Below, in pieces: positions 19,247-27,461 of a DNA stretch of 64,000 nt. The position numbers and the translations under genes are program-made. Source of the stretch: a virus; the IMG/VR virus record IMGVR_UViG_3300009605_000020, positions 1 to 64,000 of that record; one strand, 5' to 3'. The notes beneath the pieces were generated by a model that was not told the DNA's origin, did no database searches, and was given only the letters and a program-made list of their open reading frames with translations. Each line of letters starts with the position of its first letter. Positions within the stretch are counted from its first letter, which is position 1.

Positions 19247-19247
19247 A

Positions 19248-21020
19248 TCATGCTAGCTCGATATATGTGGCATCCGGGTTGAAGTATATAAGACTGCCTG
19301 ACGTGGCGCCATAGCCCACAACTCTCACATATTCGTTGGAAGTTGTAGGAGCTGCACCGCTAACGGTGCCCAATTCTGTTCCGACATACACAGGGCCCCC
19401 ATTTATATAGGCGCCCGAGTAAGCTGTGAGGGCATTGTAGAATCCTCGAATAAGCATCCCGTCTTGTTGAGCAGAACTTGAGCCCATGGCCATGGCCAAC
19501 AGTTGGTTGTGGCCGCTTCCGGTGACAGAAGCATCCGCTTGGGCCCAGCCTCCATCGCTCTTAAGATAATAAAGTTTCCCAATGTCTGTTGAGCCCGTTC
19601 CGAAGAATACCACCTCACCGCCACCATGGTTCATTCCCCCTAGCCGGAAGGTGGGGTCCAGTATGCCAGTCATATTAACGTTTAGGGCCGTATACATACC
19701 GTCTTCTGACTTCGGGGGGCCTATCATGACCCCAAAGTTGCTAGCGAAGAAGTGGTGCTCGGCTTCCTCATCGCCCGCCGGCATTATAAAAATACCTGAC
19801 GGAGTCTCGTTCTCTGGGTTGGCGCTAGCCTGGATCATGATGGTGCCAGTTGCGTGGCCTTCCCCGAATTCGCTGAAGTCTGGTGCTATCAGCACACCGC
19901 CGTTGTTGGTCATGAACGATCCGCTCGTCGCCAACCTAATGCCTGTAGAGGATATGATAGTCGAGGGTCCCATGTCTCCGTGCACAACGATGAAACTTCC
20001 AGAGTTGGCGTTAATGCCGGCGTTGGCCGAGAGGTCCAGGTTGCACCCTCCAGACAGCTGAATCCCAGTAGAATTTGCTAGGATGGAGGGGCCATTGCCG
20101 GGGCCCATCATCATAAATTTATTGTGGGATCCCGATTGTATAAGGAGAGTACCTGACTGATATATAGTTCCGGGAGGATTGCCCGGGCCGTTGGGATCTC
20201 CAATATGACCCATTTGAATTGCTCCGTTGACAGTTCCAAAAACGTGAGCAGCAATCTGCGGATGGACAATGCCAGATCCCGTGGGGGTAGTTGTGTTGGA
20301 GCCGCTATATGTGAGGGCGCCCGCAGTTATCATTAGATTGGGGCTGCCCCCGGGGCCACCCGGCATAATCAGGTAGCCATGGGGACCAGACGCGGACGCA
20401 ATGGTAATCATATGCGACGCATAAAATGGGACAGGAGCACCGAAGGCGCCTGCATCGAAGCTGGGAGCTATAGTAATCCCCGCACCGCCGCCGTCGTAGT
20501 GGGGGGTAGCTAACTGGGGACCAAATGTTCCTTGGGCCGGATCGTAATTAATGTCGGTGCTGTTGAATGTTAGGCCACCGGCAGCCATGTGAACCTTGGG
20601 TGGTCCGGGGGGACCATTAAAGTCCATGATCCACAGACCGTGCCCCTGCGAAGACGAGGCGATAGAGATGGCGCCCGACATATAGCCCGGGCCTCCGCCG
20701 CCGAAGGTAGGTGCCAATTGGATTGCATTGTTCGGTGTTGCGAATAGCTGCGCCGATGCGGTAACCATGCTCACCCTGGTACCGTTAAAAGTAAAATTCG
20801 AGCTGGCATCGAGTAGCATGCCCGTATTAAATTGAACCTCTGTCGGATTACCAGCAGCGCCTGTTCCGCCGCCGCCGGCACCAGTAATCTGTACGCCGTT
20901 AAGGAACAGACTTCCCGTAATAGAAAGAGTGCCGGTTACTTCATGAGTAGAGTCTAACGGGCCCGTGTTTTGGGTGTCGCCCGACGTAACATTTCTAGAG
21001 GGAGTAAATTTGGTGGCCAT
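19248..21020 (-). CDS. Head fibre / decoration-like protein with internal repeats
   Basis: AAGNPTEVQFN motif and about 4 imperfect ~60-aa repeats. C-terminal GKLYYL..WAQADAS..LLAMA..LIRG..GPVYV..GTVSGAAP..VRVVGY..IYFNP domain of the type seen in capsid decoration and fibre proteins. Confidence 0.6.
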   Translation of the reverse strand: MATKFTPSRNVTSGDTQNTGPLDSTHEVTGTLSITGSLFLNGVQITGAGGGGTGAAGNPTEVQFNTGMLLDASSNFTFNGTRVSMVTASAQLFATPNNAIQLAPTFGGGGPGYMSGAISIASSSQGHGLWIMDFNGPPGPPKVHMAAGGLTFNSTDINYDPAQGTFGPQLATPHYDGGGAGITIAPSFDAGAFGAPVPFYASHMITIASASGPHGYLIMPGGPGGSPNLMITAGALTYSGSNTTTPTGSGIVHPQIAAHVFGTVNGAIQMGHIGDPNGPGNPPGTIYQSGTLLIQSGSHNKFMMMGPGNGPSILANSTGIQLSGGCNLDLSANAGINANSGSFIVVHGDMGPSTIISSTGIRLATSGSFMTNNGGVLIAPDFSEFGEGHATGTIMIQASANPENETPSGIFIMPAGDEEAEHHFFASNFGVMIGPPKSEDGMYTALNVNMTGILDPTFRLGGMNHGGGEVVFFGTGSTDIGKLYYLKSDGGWAQADASVTGSGHNQLLAMAMGSSSAQQDGMLIRGFYNALTAYSGAYINGGPVYVGTELGTVSGAAPTTSNEYVRVVGYGATSGSLIYFNPDATYIELA

Positions 21021-21032
21021 CTGGGCGTCTCC

Positions 21033-21440
21033 TTAGTCGGTTAAGCCCGAACCGGTTAAATGGAACATCTGGTCGGAGGGGATATTAGTTAGCTCTCCTA
21101 TAGCCGTATATGAAGTACTGCCGGAGTTAGTAAGTGGTGCAGAAATAAATATTTCTCGACACTTGACTCCAAATGATACACTATCATTGTTGCTGTTAAG
21201 CGCTACAAAATGTAACCCACCAATAACATTTCCGGAACCAGTAGCATTGAAGTGAACTAAAACATCATCGTTGCTGGCATCGGTATTAATAACTGTTACC
21301 GATCTGACTGTTCTAGGGAATACAATGCGATCTTCAGATCCTGGCGTTAGCGCGGTGGAGCCCGTTATCCATGGAATTCCTGATACCTGATATGAGCCTA
21401 CATTAAATAGTCCCGGCTTCATGTGGTTATACGTGGTCAT
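21033..21440 (-). CDS. Small structural protein (hypothetical)
   Basis: 135 aa, beta-rich, GLFNVGSYQVSGIPWITGS. First gene of the fibre cluster after an ACTAATTA motif. Confidence 0.65.
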   Translation of the reverse strand: MTTYNHMKPGLFNVGSYQVSGIPWITGSTALTPGSEDRIVFPRTVRSVTVINTDASNDDVLVHFNATGSGNVIGGLHFVALNSNNDSVSFGVKCREIFISAPLTNSGSTSYTAIGELTNIPSDQMFHLTGSGLTD

Positions 21441-21467
21441 TCTTTCTTCTCCAAATCCAAACTGTTG

Positions 21468-21475
21468 TAATTAGT
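21468..21475 (-). promoter_or_regulatory. ACTAWWTA motif (ACTAATTA)
   Basis: 27 nt upstream of ATG 21440. Confidence 0.6.
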
Positions 21476-21487
21476 CATCAATAATCA

Positions 21488-21703
21488 CTATTTCCTTTTA
21501 TTAAGCTTTCTTTCTAAGCGTTCTTTTTCACGGCGCGCTCTTTTTTGTTTTAACTTCTTCTTGGCTGATGGTTTTATGTGATAAGAGCAGCGTTGTCGAT
21601 AAGTTTCAAGCACTCTATCTTTTTTTACTTTCTTAATAAATCTTCTAATCAACCTCTCGGGACTCTCGCGAGGTCTTTGTATTACAGATACGTTTACAGC
21701 CAT
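21488..21703 (-). CDS. rpsU: Phage-encoded 30S ribosomal protein bS21
   Basis: 71 aa, highly basic. V..R..ES.ER.IRRF.KKVKK..VL..YR.R..H.KPS.KKK matches the bS21 consensus (E. coli [38 protein letters not shown]). Confidence 0.88.
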   Translation of the reverse strand: MAVNVSVIQRPRESPERLIRRFIKKVKKDRVLETYRQRCSYHIKPSAKKKLKQKRARREKERLERKLNKRK

Positions 21704-21713
21704 CGAGTTTTCC

Positions 21714-22175
21714 TTATTTTGTCGAACTCATATGAGCTTGCCAACTTCTTCCAACGCTCCCAAATAAATTAGAAATGTCTACTCCAGAATCCTCCGGATC
21801 TACATTCGCTAGAGGACCTTGTGGTGCCGGGGCTGCTCCTGGTGCTGGGCCAGCTGATTTTAGAGCAGTGGTACCTTCGAATAGATCTATACCATTATAG
21901 GCATCTTTGCCAATAGAATCTAAAAGCTTTTGTTTATGATCGTTTAGCTTTTGTTTTTGTTCTTGCAACGATTTTTGTCGTATCTCTGTAAACTTTTCTT
22001 CGTTTGGAGCTGCTGTTGGTTTTTCTCTATGTCGAGCTTCAACAAGCTGAAGGCCACCGATTCCGGTAGCCACCTCTGATACAATTCCTGAAAGAACACC
22101 ATCTTCAAACATCACCTCCTTTATGCATTCTTTTATTATCGGCTTTAGCAGCTTTTTTAGGTCTGATTTTTTCAT
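21714..22175 (-). CDS. Hypothetical head-associated protein
   Basis: N-terminal MKKSDLKKLLKPIIKECIKEV amphipathic leader. Lies in the head module. Confidence 0.7.
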   Translation of the reverse strand: MKKSDLKKLLKPIIKECIKEVMFEDGVLSGIVSEVATGIGGLQLVEARHREKPTAAPNEEKFTEIRQKSLQEQKQKLNDHKQKLLDSIGKDAYNGIDLFEGTTALKSAGPAPGAAPAPQGPLANVDPEDSGVDISNLFGSVGRSWQAHMSSTK

Positions 22176-22667
22176 TTATTCCTCAGCTGCTGCTGCGGTT
22201 ACTGCCTTGTCCAAAGCTATATTGAGATACCTCAATGCTCCCTTAATGTTTGGCTCAGCCGTTAAACCAAAGGCTCCCAAATCTTTCTCTAATTCTTTAA
22301 TATCGGCACCCAATATGGTTGCTATTTTTTGAGCTTTTTGTCTTGTAACGGTTCCCTTTTTCATAGTAGCCTGCTCGGCTTCTCCGGCCGTTTCGGTTTC
22401 ACCAGCGGCCGCTTGAAGTTCGCCGGCGGCTTGTGCAGCCGTAGCAGAACCCAGTTTGCCAGCCATGCCGGCAACTCCTCCTGCAGCGCGCTGGGCGCCG
22501 GCCTTCATTTTGGCGGCCAATGCTGCCTTTTTTCGCTGCAGCGAACCACCTAGACCCGTCTTCAGGCTTTTTAGTCCAGCTTTCGCCTGTGTAAAGAGCC
22601 CCTCTTCGACCGCAGCTTCGATTTCTTCGCTGATGATCTGGTGTAATTCTTCTTGAGTTATTTTCAT
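22176..22667 (-). CDS. Putative internal head protein (Ala/Lys-rich)
   Basis: MKITQEELHQIISEEIEAAVEEG leader followed by an Ala/Lys-rich helical body. Confidence 0.65.
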   Translation of the reverse strand: MKITQEELHQIISEEIEAAVEEGLFTQAKAGLKSLKTGLGGSLQRKKAALAAKMKAGAQRAAGGVAGMAGKLGSATAAQAAGELQAAAGETETAGEAEQATMKKGTVTRQKAQKIATILGADIKELEKDLGAFGLTAEPNIKGALRYLNIALDKAVTAAAAEE

Positions 22668-22668
22668 T

Positions 22669-24762
22669 TTAGCAATCTCCTTTAATTCCGGCTAACGTCT
22701 TCCAACGATCGAGCTGGACTGATTCTTGCAGTGGGGCGCCCTTAACAACACTGAACTTGTTTAGTGCATCCACAACCTCTTGTTCTTTGCCCTTCAGCTT
22801 CGGAGCTGATTTTGCGGCGCGCGTAACCAAGCTTTTAATTGCAGAGCCGTCTAGAATCGCTTTTTTAGCTCGGCGCAACTTTTTGATGAGTAATTTGGCC
22901 AGCATTCTCGTTGTATTCCCGCCGACGCCGGCCCCTTCCAGGTTATTTACTAGACTCTTATCAAAAGTATAATAATATTTAGGTATAACTCGTTTTACTT
23001 TTACGACCTCACCTTCTTTATTCTTGTATTTCCTGGCGCGTTTGTATCTTCGGTTTAATTTACCTAGAGAGAGGGCGCCCCATTTATCTGGGTCCCACCG
23101 ATATCCGCGGGTTCCCAGGCCTAGTTCGGCTTTCTCGGTACCCAGCTCATCAGTAATTTCAGATAAAAGATGGTCAAGGACGCCGTCCAGCGCCTCTTCT
23201 AACTCAACGCGTCCCATTAGAGCATCCGACTGGGCCCTCTCCATAGTATTTATATACTTTTGTTGGGCTGCTTTGCTGGGAAGGCGCGGAGCGTATACCT
23301 TAACATGGTCATTATCGTAGCGAAGAAGAATTGGTTTCACCACCTCTATTGCTTCAACTTCTGTTTTTTTACCTTCAACACACTTATTTTGTTCTTCGTC
23401 AAATGTCTGACCTTCTGGGCAGTCGCATTTTCCTGTTTCTTCATTATAAACTTTACCCTGTGCCTCTTCCTCTTCGGAACACTTAGCGCCTGGCGGTGGT
23501 GGTTCCACCTCTTTGCATTCTAATGGATTCATTTCGTTCAGAAGGGCTTGTAAAAGCTGCGCGCGAGAAGATTTCTCACCCTTCTTGCGGAGCCACAGTA
23601 CGGCTCCCGCAGACAAAGCCAATCCAACGCCGAGCGGCGCTAGAAGAGACGTTGCAACAGCGCCCAATGTACCGGCGGTAGCGGCGGCGGCGGCGCCCCC
23701 AGCGGCGTGGCCGGCAACAACTTTAGATACTTTAATCGCCGCGCCAGGAAGAGTGGGGTGCCACAACAGGCCGCCCTGGGGTGCGGCTCCAAAAACCGAC
23801 GCCATGGTCTGACCCGAAGCGCCGGGGGCGCCCGTGAGGGAATTCCATGTGGACAACCACTTAGAGGGATTGGCGCCAAGCTTGGATAAATCTTGGGGCG
23901 TAATACCATTGGCGCTCATATCTCTCAACATGTCTCCCAAAGGCATATTAGGACTATAATGCCCCGAGGATCCGTGTAGAATTCTACCCAGCATTTGGGT
24001 GGGGCCTTCTCCGGCGTCGACCTGGAGAACCTTATTGAGGGTCGTCGGCGCGGTGCTTGCACCGGGGCCCGTAAGCAATTGAACAAACCATGGCTGCTGG
24101 AGAAGTACGCTACCAAGCGCAGCCGTTGCGCCACCGAGCGCCAACATTGCAGGAGCTAGGCGAGACTGAAGCCCTTTTATGGTAGACGACTTTCCGCGGG
24201 CGCCACCGAATGTTCCTTCTGTATCTTCGGCGCCCTTCTCTAATAAGACACCATCGTATTCTTGATTTTCTTTAAAGTGTTTGTACACATCCGCTAACTT
24301 ATAATCCAATATATGTCGAGCATAGTTGTTCAAATCATCGACAATAACATTGGCCTCGGGGCAACCCATGTCCCCCTTTTCAACTCCCATCTTAAGACCG
24401 GCGTAGACTGCATAAATTTCACTGAGTGCGTCGACAAATACACCGTTGTCTTTCATGTTTGGGAAGCCTTTAAAATTTTTCTTTAGGCCGCCGTCGAGCT
24501 TGCGAAGCAAGTCTTTCGTGCCCTTCTCAAGAAGGTCTTGAATCTTTTTCGCCGCCACTTTTTCGTCTTTGGTCATGCCCGGGCGCCATGCTAGCTTGCC
24601 ACCCTTTTCGAGAGAGCCGAGCTTACTCAAACCATATTTAATAGTATCCCAAATGCCCTCTTGTAAGTAACCCGCGTCATACATCTCTTCATGAATAATG
24701 ATTTCCCTTAAAAGAGCCTTGACTTCTAGTTCGGTCAGCAGAGTTTTCTTAACTTTGGTCAT
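22669..24762 (-). CDS. Putative internal head / ejection protein with hydrophobic segments and Cys-rich repeat
   Basis: Directly downstream of the prohead protease. Many L-x-E sites, two Gly/Ala hydrophobic helices, CDCPEGQTFDEEQNKC and a C-terminal RWKTLAGI. Confidence 0.6.
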   Translation of the reverse strand: MTKVKKTLLTELEVKALLREIIIHEEMYDAGYLQEGIWDTIKYGLSKLGSLEKGGKLAWRPGMTKDEKVAAKKIQDLLEKGTKDLLRKLDGGLKKNFKGFPNMKDNGVFVDALSEIYAVYAGLKMGVEKGDMGCPEANVIVDDLNNYARHILDYKLADVYKHFKENQEYDGVLLEKGAEDTEGTFGGARGKSSTIKGLQSRLAPAMLALGGATAALGSVLLQQPWFVQLLTGPGASTAPTTLNKVLQVDAGEGPTQMLGRILHGSSGHYSPNMPLGDMLRDMSANGITPQDLSKLGANPSKWLSTWNSLTGAPGASGQTMASVFGAAPQGGLLWHPTLPGAAIKVSKVVAGHAAGGAAAAATAGTLGAVATSLLAPLGVGLALSAGAVLWLRKKGEKSSRAQLLQALLNEMNPLECKEVEPPPPGAKCSEEEEAQGKVYNEETGKCDCPEGQTFDEEQNKCVEGKKTEVEAIEVVKPILLRYDNDHVKVYAPRLPSKAAQQKYINTMERAQSDALMGRVELEEALDGVLDHLLSEITDELGTEKAELGLGTRGYRWDPDKWGALSLGKLNRRYKRARKYKNKEGEVVKVKRVIPKYYYTFDKSLVNNLEGAGVGGNTTRMLAKLLIKKLRRAKKAILDGSAIKSLVTRAAKSAPKLKGKEQEVVDALNKFSVVKGAPLQESVQLDRWKTLAGIKGDC

Positions 24763-24766
24763 CCTT

Positions 24767-25369
24767 TTAATCCTCTAAAATTTTATTTAATGCTCGATTA
24801 ATGCGATCTGCTTTGGTAAACACTTCGTTTAATCTATTTTTGTTTTCTCGCATCATAAATGCGCCAGGGGTTGAGGGCTCCGAAACCATATCAAAACAAA
24901 TCAATTGAAAATCGTCTTCAACCATGGTCCTGCCAGAATTTTCAGTCACAGAGCCTAGGCCGCGAGAAGAAATACCAATAGAACATCCTGAATCTATCAG
25001 AGACCGAAGAATCCCACCGGATGGGGTGTCTAGAACCTTCATTTTTCCCATCACCTTATTGTCATCCATCCATATGTCGGTAACCTGATGAGAAACATTT
25101 CTAAGATTGATAACAGAATCCTCTGGATGGTCTAGTTCCCCTAGCGCTCGATTATCTTTTACTAACTTCTTGTAATTTTTAACTTCTCTCTCAAGAATAG
25201 TTAGTGGATAAACCCGTTTGTTGCCGTTCTCTACTTCGCCCATTTGCATCATGCCGGATAACATCATACCGCCCTCTTTGACATAGCGCTTTTCGTCTTC
25301 TGTTAACAGATCTTGGCATGAGCTGCCATCGCAAAGTTCGTAGTATTCTCGGAGAAGTTGTTTAGCCAT
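24767..25369 (-). CDS. gp21: Prohead core protease (T4 gp21-like)
   Basis: NGNKRVYP, ALGELDHP, VSH, LDTPSG, GISSRGLGS, FDMVSEPSTPGAF. Confidence 0.93.
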   Translation of the reverse strand: MAKQLLREYYELCDGSSCQDLLTEDEKRYVKEGGMMLSGMMQMGEVENGNKRVYPLTILEREVKNYKKLVKDNRALGELDHPEDSVINLRNVSHQVTDIWMDDNKVMGKMKVLDTPSGGILRSLIDSGCSIGISSRGLGSVTENSGRTMVEDDFQLICFDMVSEPSTPGAFMMRENKNRLNEVFTKADRINRALNKILED

Positions 25370-25379
25370 AGTTTATTCC

Positions 25380-25754
25380 TTATTTCGAATATTTCCTGCC
25401 GAGGGGAATGTGTCCAAGACCCGGTACCGTGCGGGCCGCGCGGAGCTTATCGGCATCGATCTTCGCCATGCCCTCTGGGTCAGAGATTCTCTTCGCAATC
25501 TCAACCCACTTAGCAGGCTGATAACTCCCACTAAAGGAGCGGAGCCTTTTTTCGCTCCACTTCAAAACCTCAACAGCTTTTAGGATAAGCTCGTCTTGGG
25601 CGGCGGTGTCGCCTTCACCTGCGAGTTCCGCGACGGCCAGGAGGCTTTCGAGATCTTGTCCTTCTTCAAGCGCCGAACCATCATCATTACGATTCGCAGT
25701 CTCGTTCAAGAAGTATCTTGGGTCTATTCTTTTTACATTTTTTCTATATGCCAT
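25380..25754 (-). CDS. Hypothetical protein (possible internal head protein)
   Basis: 124-aa ORF with AAGGA SD and an N-terminal RIDPRYFLNE ending in an L-N-E site. Confidence 0.65.
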   Translation of the reverse strand: MAYRKNVKRIDPRYFLNETANRNDDGSALEEGQDLESLLAVAELAGEGDTAAQDELILKAVEVLKWSEKRLRSFSGSYQPAKWVEIAKRISDPEGMAKIDADKLRAARTVPGLGHIPLGRKYSK

Positions 25755-25783
25755 AATTTATTCCTTTTAAAGCTTTAAAGTAG

Positions 25784-25834
25784 TCAACTGCCTTTGCAGC
25801 AGCGACGAACTGGTTGTAACATCCATTTAGTCAT
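25784..25834 (-). CDS. Candidate 16-aa micro-protein MTKWMLQPVRRCCKGS
   Basis: AGGAG SD 6 nt upstream of ATG (25834). Overlaps the stop of 25827-26135 and fills the gap up to the next regulatory motif. Confidence 0.5.
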   Translation of the reverse strand: MTKWMLQPVRRCCKGS

Positions 25835-26135
25835 GTCGGTCTCCTTTTCCTATCTGTATTCCATCGTCACAGATAATCATATTTAAGGCATATGATGTGC
25901 CCGAACTTAGGCAGCCCAATAAAAACGCAGTTACCGGACTACTACTAAACGTAATTAGTTCCGTCATAGGGTTAATTCCCCAAAGAAATACGCCCACCCA
26001 AAAACCTATACACATAGGGCAAGAAAAGAAATAATGAGAAGGGCGAATACGATCTAATACTTTTGAAAAACAAAGAAGTTGCGTGAGACCGTACGCAATT
26101 AAAACGAAATATAATAGCTGCATCAGAAAAAACAT
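25827..26135 (-). CDS. Small membrane protein with CxxC (DUF1360-like)
   Basis: Three hydrophobic segments and an FFSCPMCIGFWVG motif. Confidence 0.65.
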   Translation of the reverse strand: MFFLMQLLYFVLIAYGLTQLLCFSKVLDRIRPSHYFFSCPMCIGFWVGVFLWGINPMTELITFSSSPVTAFLLGCLSSGTSYALNMIICDDGIQIGKGDRHD

Positions 26136-26137
26136 GA

Positions 26138-26644
26138 CTACATCTTGTAGCGAAGTGGAATATAATAATACCCCGGGACCATAGCGCCCTTCTCTGCCCC
26201 TTGCGGGACCTCCCCAAGCTCTGTAGTATCTCGATCGGCCGGGGTGATATAATATTTTTCCAGGTCTCTTTCGTAGTTCTGAGCGGTTAATCGGGCATCA
26301 GCCTCGTCAACAACAAACTCGGATATCACATACACCGCGGACTGCAGGGAATTGGCATTTTCACTAATCGGGATTTCCCCTTCTAATGAATTAAATATAT
26401 TCCCCCCCTGAATGCTATCTCTTATCAAAACTCCTTTATCGGCCATAAACTCAAAAAATCTTGTTTGAGTTCCGTAAGCATCTTCAATACCGTCGCTCTT
26501 CGGAAAAGTTATTACCTTATTGTCTTTAGGTAACAAAACTATATCGATAAGATCGTGGTCCATTATTAAAAGATTTCCTTCTAATGTTTTCCGGGCATTG
26601 AGTTCTACTGTAGCCTGCGGACCTCCCACGGTAATCTTAATCAT
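26138..26644 (-). CDS. Hypothetical protein
   Basis: 168-aa acidic ORF, translationally coupled in the head module. Confidence 0.7.
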   Translation of the reverse strand: MIKITVGGPQATVELNARKTLEGNLLIMDHDLIDIVLLPKDNKVITFPKSDGIEDAYGTQTRFFEFMADKGVLIRDSIQGGNIFNSLEGEIPISENANSLQSAVYVISEFVVDEADARLTAQNYERDLEKYYITPADRDTTELGEVPQGAEKGAMVPGYYYIPLRYKM

Positions 26645-27461
26645 TTGATTGAATTTCCCGTGTCAACTCTTGTATTCGTAATACTTGAGATATTATATCT
26701 TCTGAAGGAACGGACTCTTTAAAGCCCTCTAAAATATTAAGCACTTCTTTTGTTTTTTCGACCATCGCCTCGTCTGTGAAAATTTCTTCAAGCTTGAGAG
26801 AATCGGTCACTATCTTTTTAAGGCGCCCGATTTCTTCGTTTAAATATAGTTTTAACTCAAGACCGTTGTCGGCAAAAGAGGCAATATATTTACTTAGTAA
26901 ATCCTTTTGCTCTTTTAGCAACGTGGTGTACTGTTCATTATATTTTTTAACAAAGGACCGATATACAATATTATCGATTGATTGCATGTGGGTTTCTTTT
27001 GTATCATCAACCGCGCGCATTGTGTTGATTACTGTATCTTCGTACAAAACGCGCTGTTTGACTGATACGGAATTATTAAAAATAGCCGATATCGTGGCCA
27101 ACGATTTAAAGTTGGGAACAAATGTATTCCACGATTCATTAGAAAGAGATTTATTGATCTTATTGATAACTTTAGTTTGGCTATCAAAAATATCCTTACT
27201 GTCTATTAGAGCCCGGGCCTTCTTGGTTTCATTTAAAAGCTTCTCAGCTAAATGAGGTTCCACATTGGTGGTTTCTGCTAGAGTCTTATAAAGTATTAAT
27301 TCTTGACCAAGCGGGGTTCCTTTTTTAAAGTGTTCTTTAATAATAGCAGAGACCACATTTTTTCGTTTGTAATCTTTATCTACTATCGTTTTAGTTAACT
27401 CTTTAATCAGCACTTCATACAAAAAGGCCGTATTTCTTTTTTTATTGTGCTTTGCTTTCAC
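26637..27461 (-). CDS. Hypothetical head-morphogenesis protein downstream of portal
   Basis: 274 aa helical, starting KHNKKRNTAFLYEVL. Overlaps the portal gene end. Confidence 0.7.
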   Translation of the reverse strand: MKAKHNKKRNTAFLYEVLIKELTKTIVDKDYKRKNVVSAIIKEHFKKGTPLGQELILYKTLAETTNVEPHLAEKLLNETKKARALIDSKDIFDSQTKVINKINKSLSNESWNTFVPNFKSLATISAIFNNSVSVKQRVLYEDTVINTMRAVDDTKETHMQSIDNIVYRSFVKKYNEQYTTLLKEQKDLLSKYIASFADNGLELKLYLNEEIGRLKKIVTDSLKLEEIFTDEAMVEKTKEVLNILEGFKESVPSEDIISQVLRIQELTREIQSND

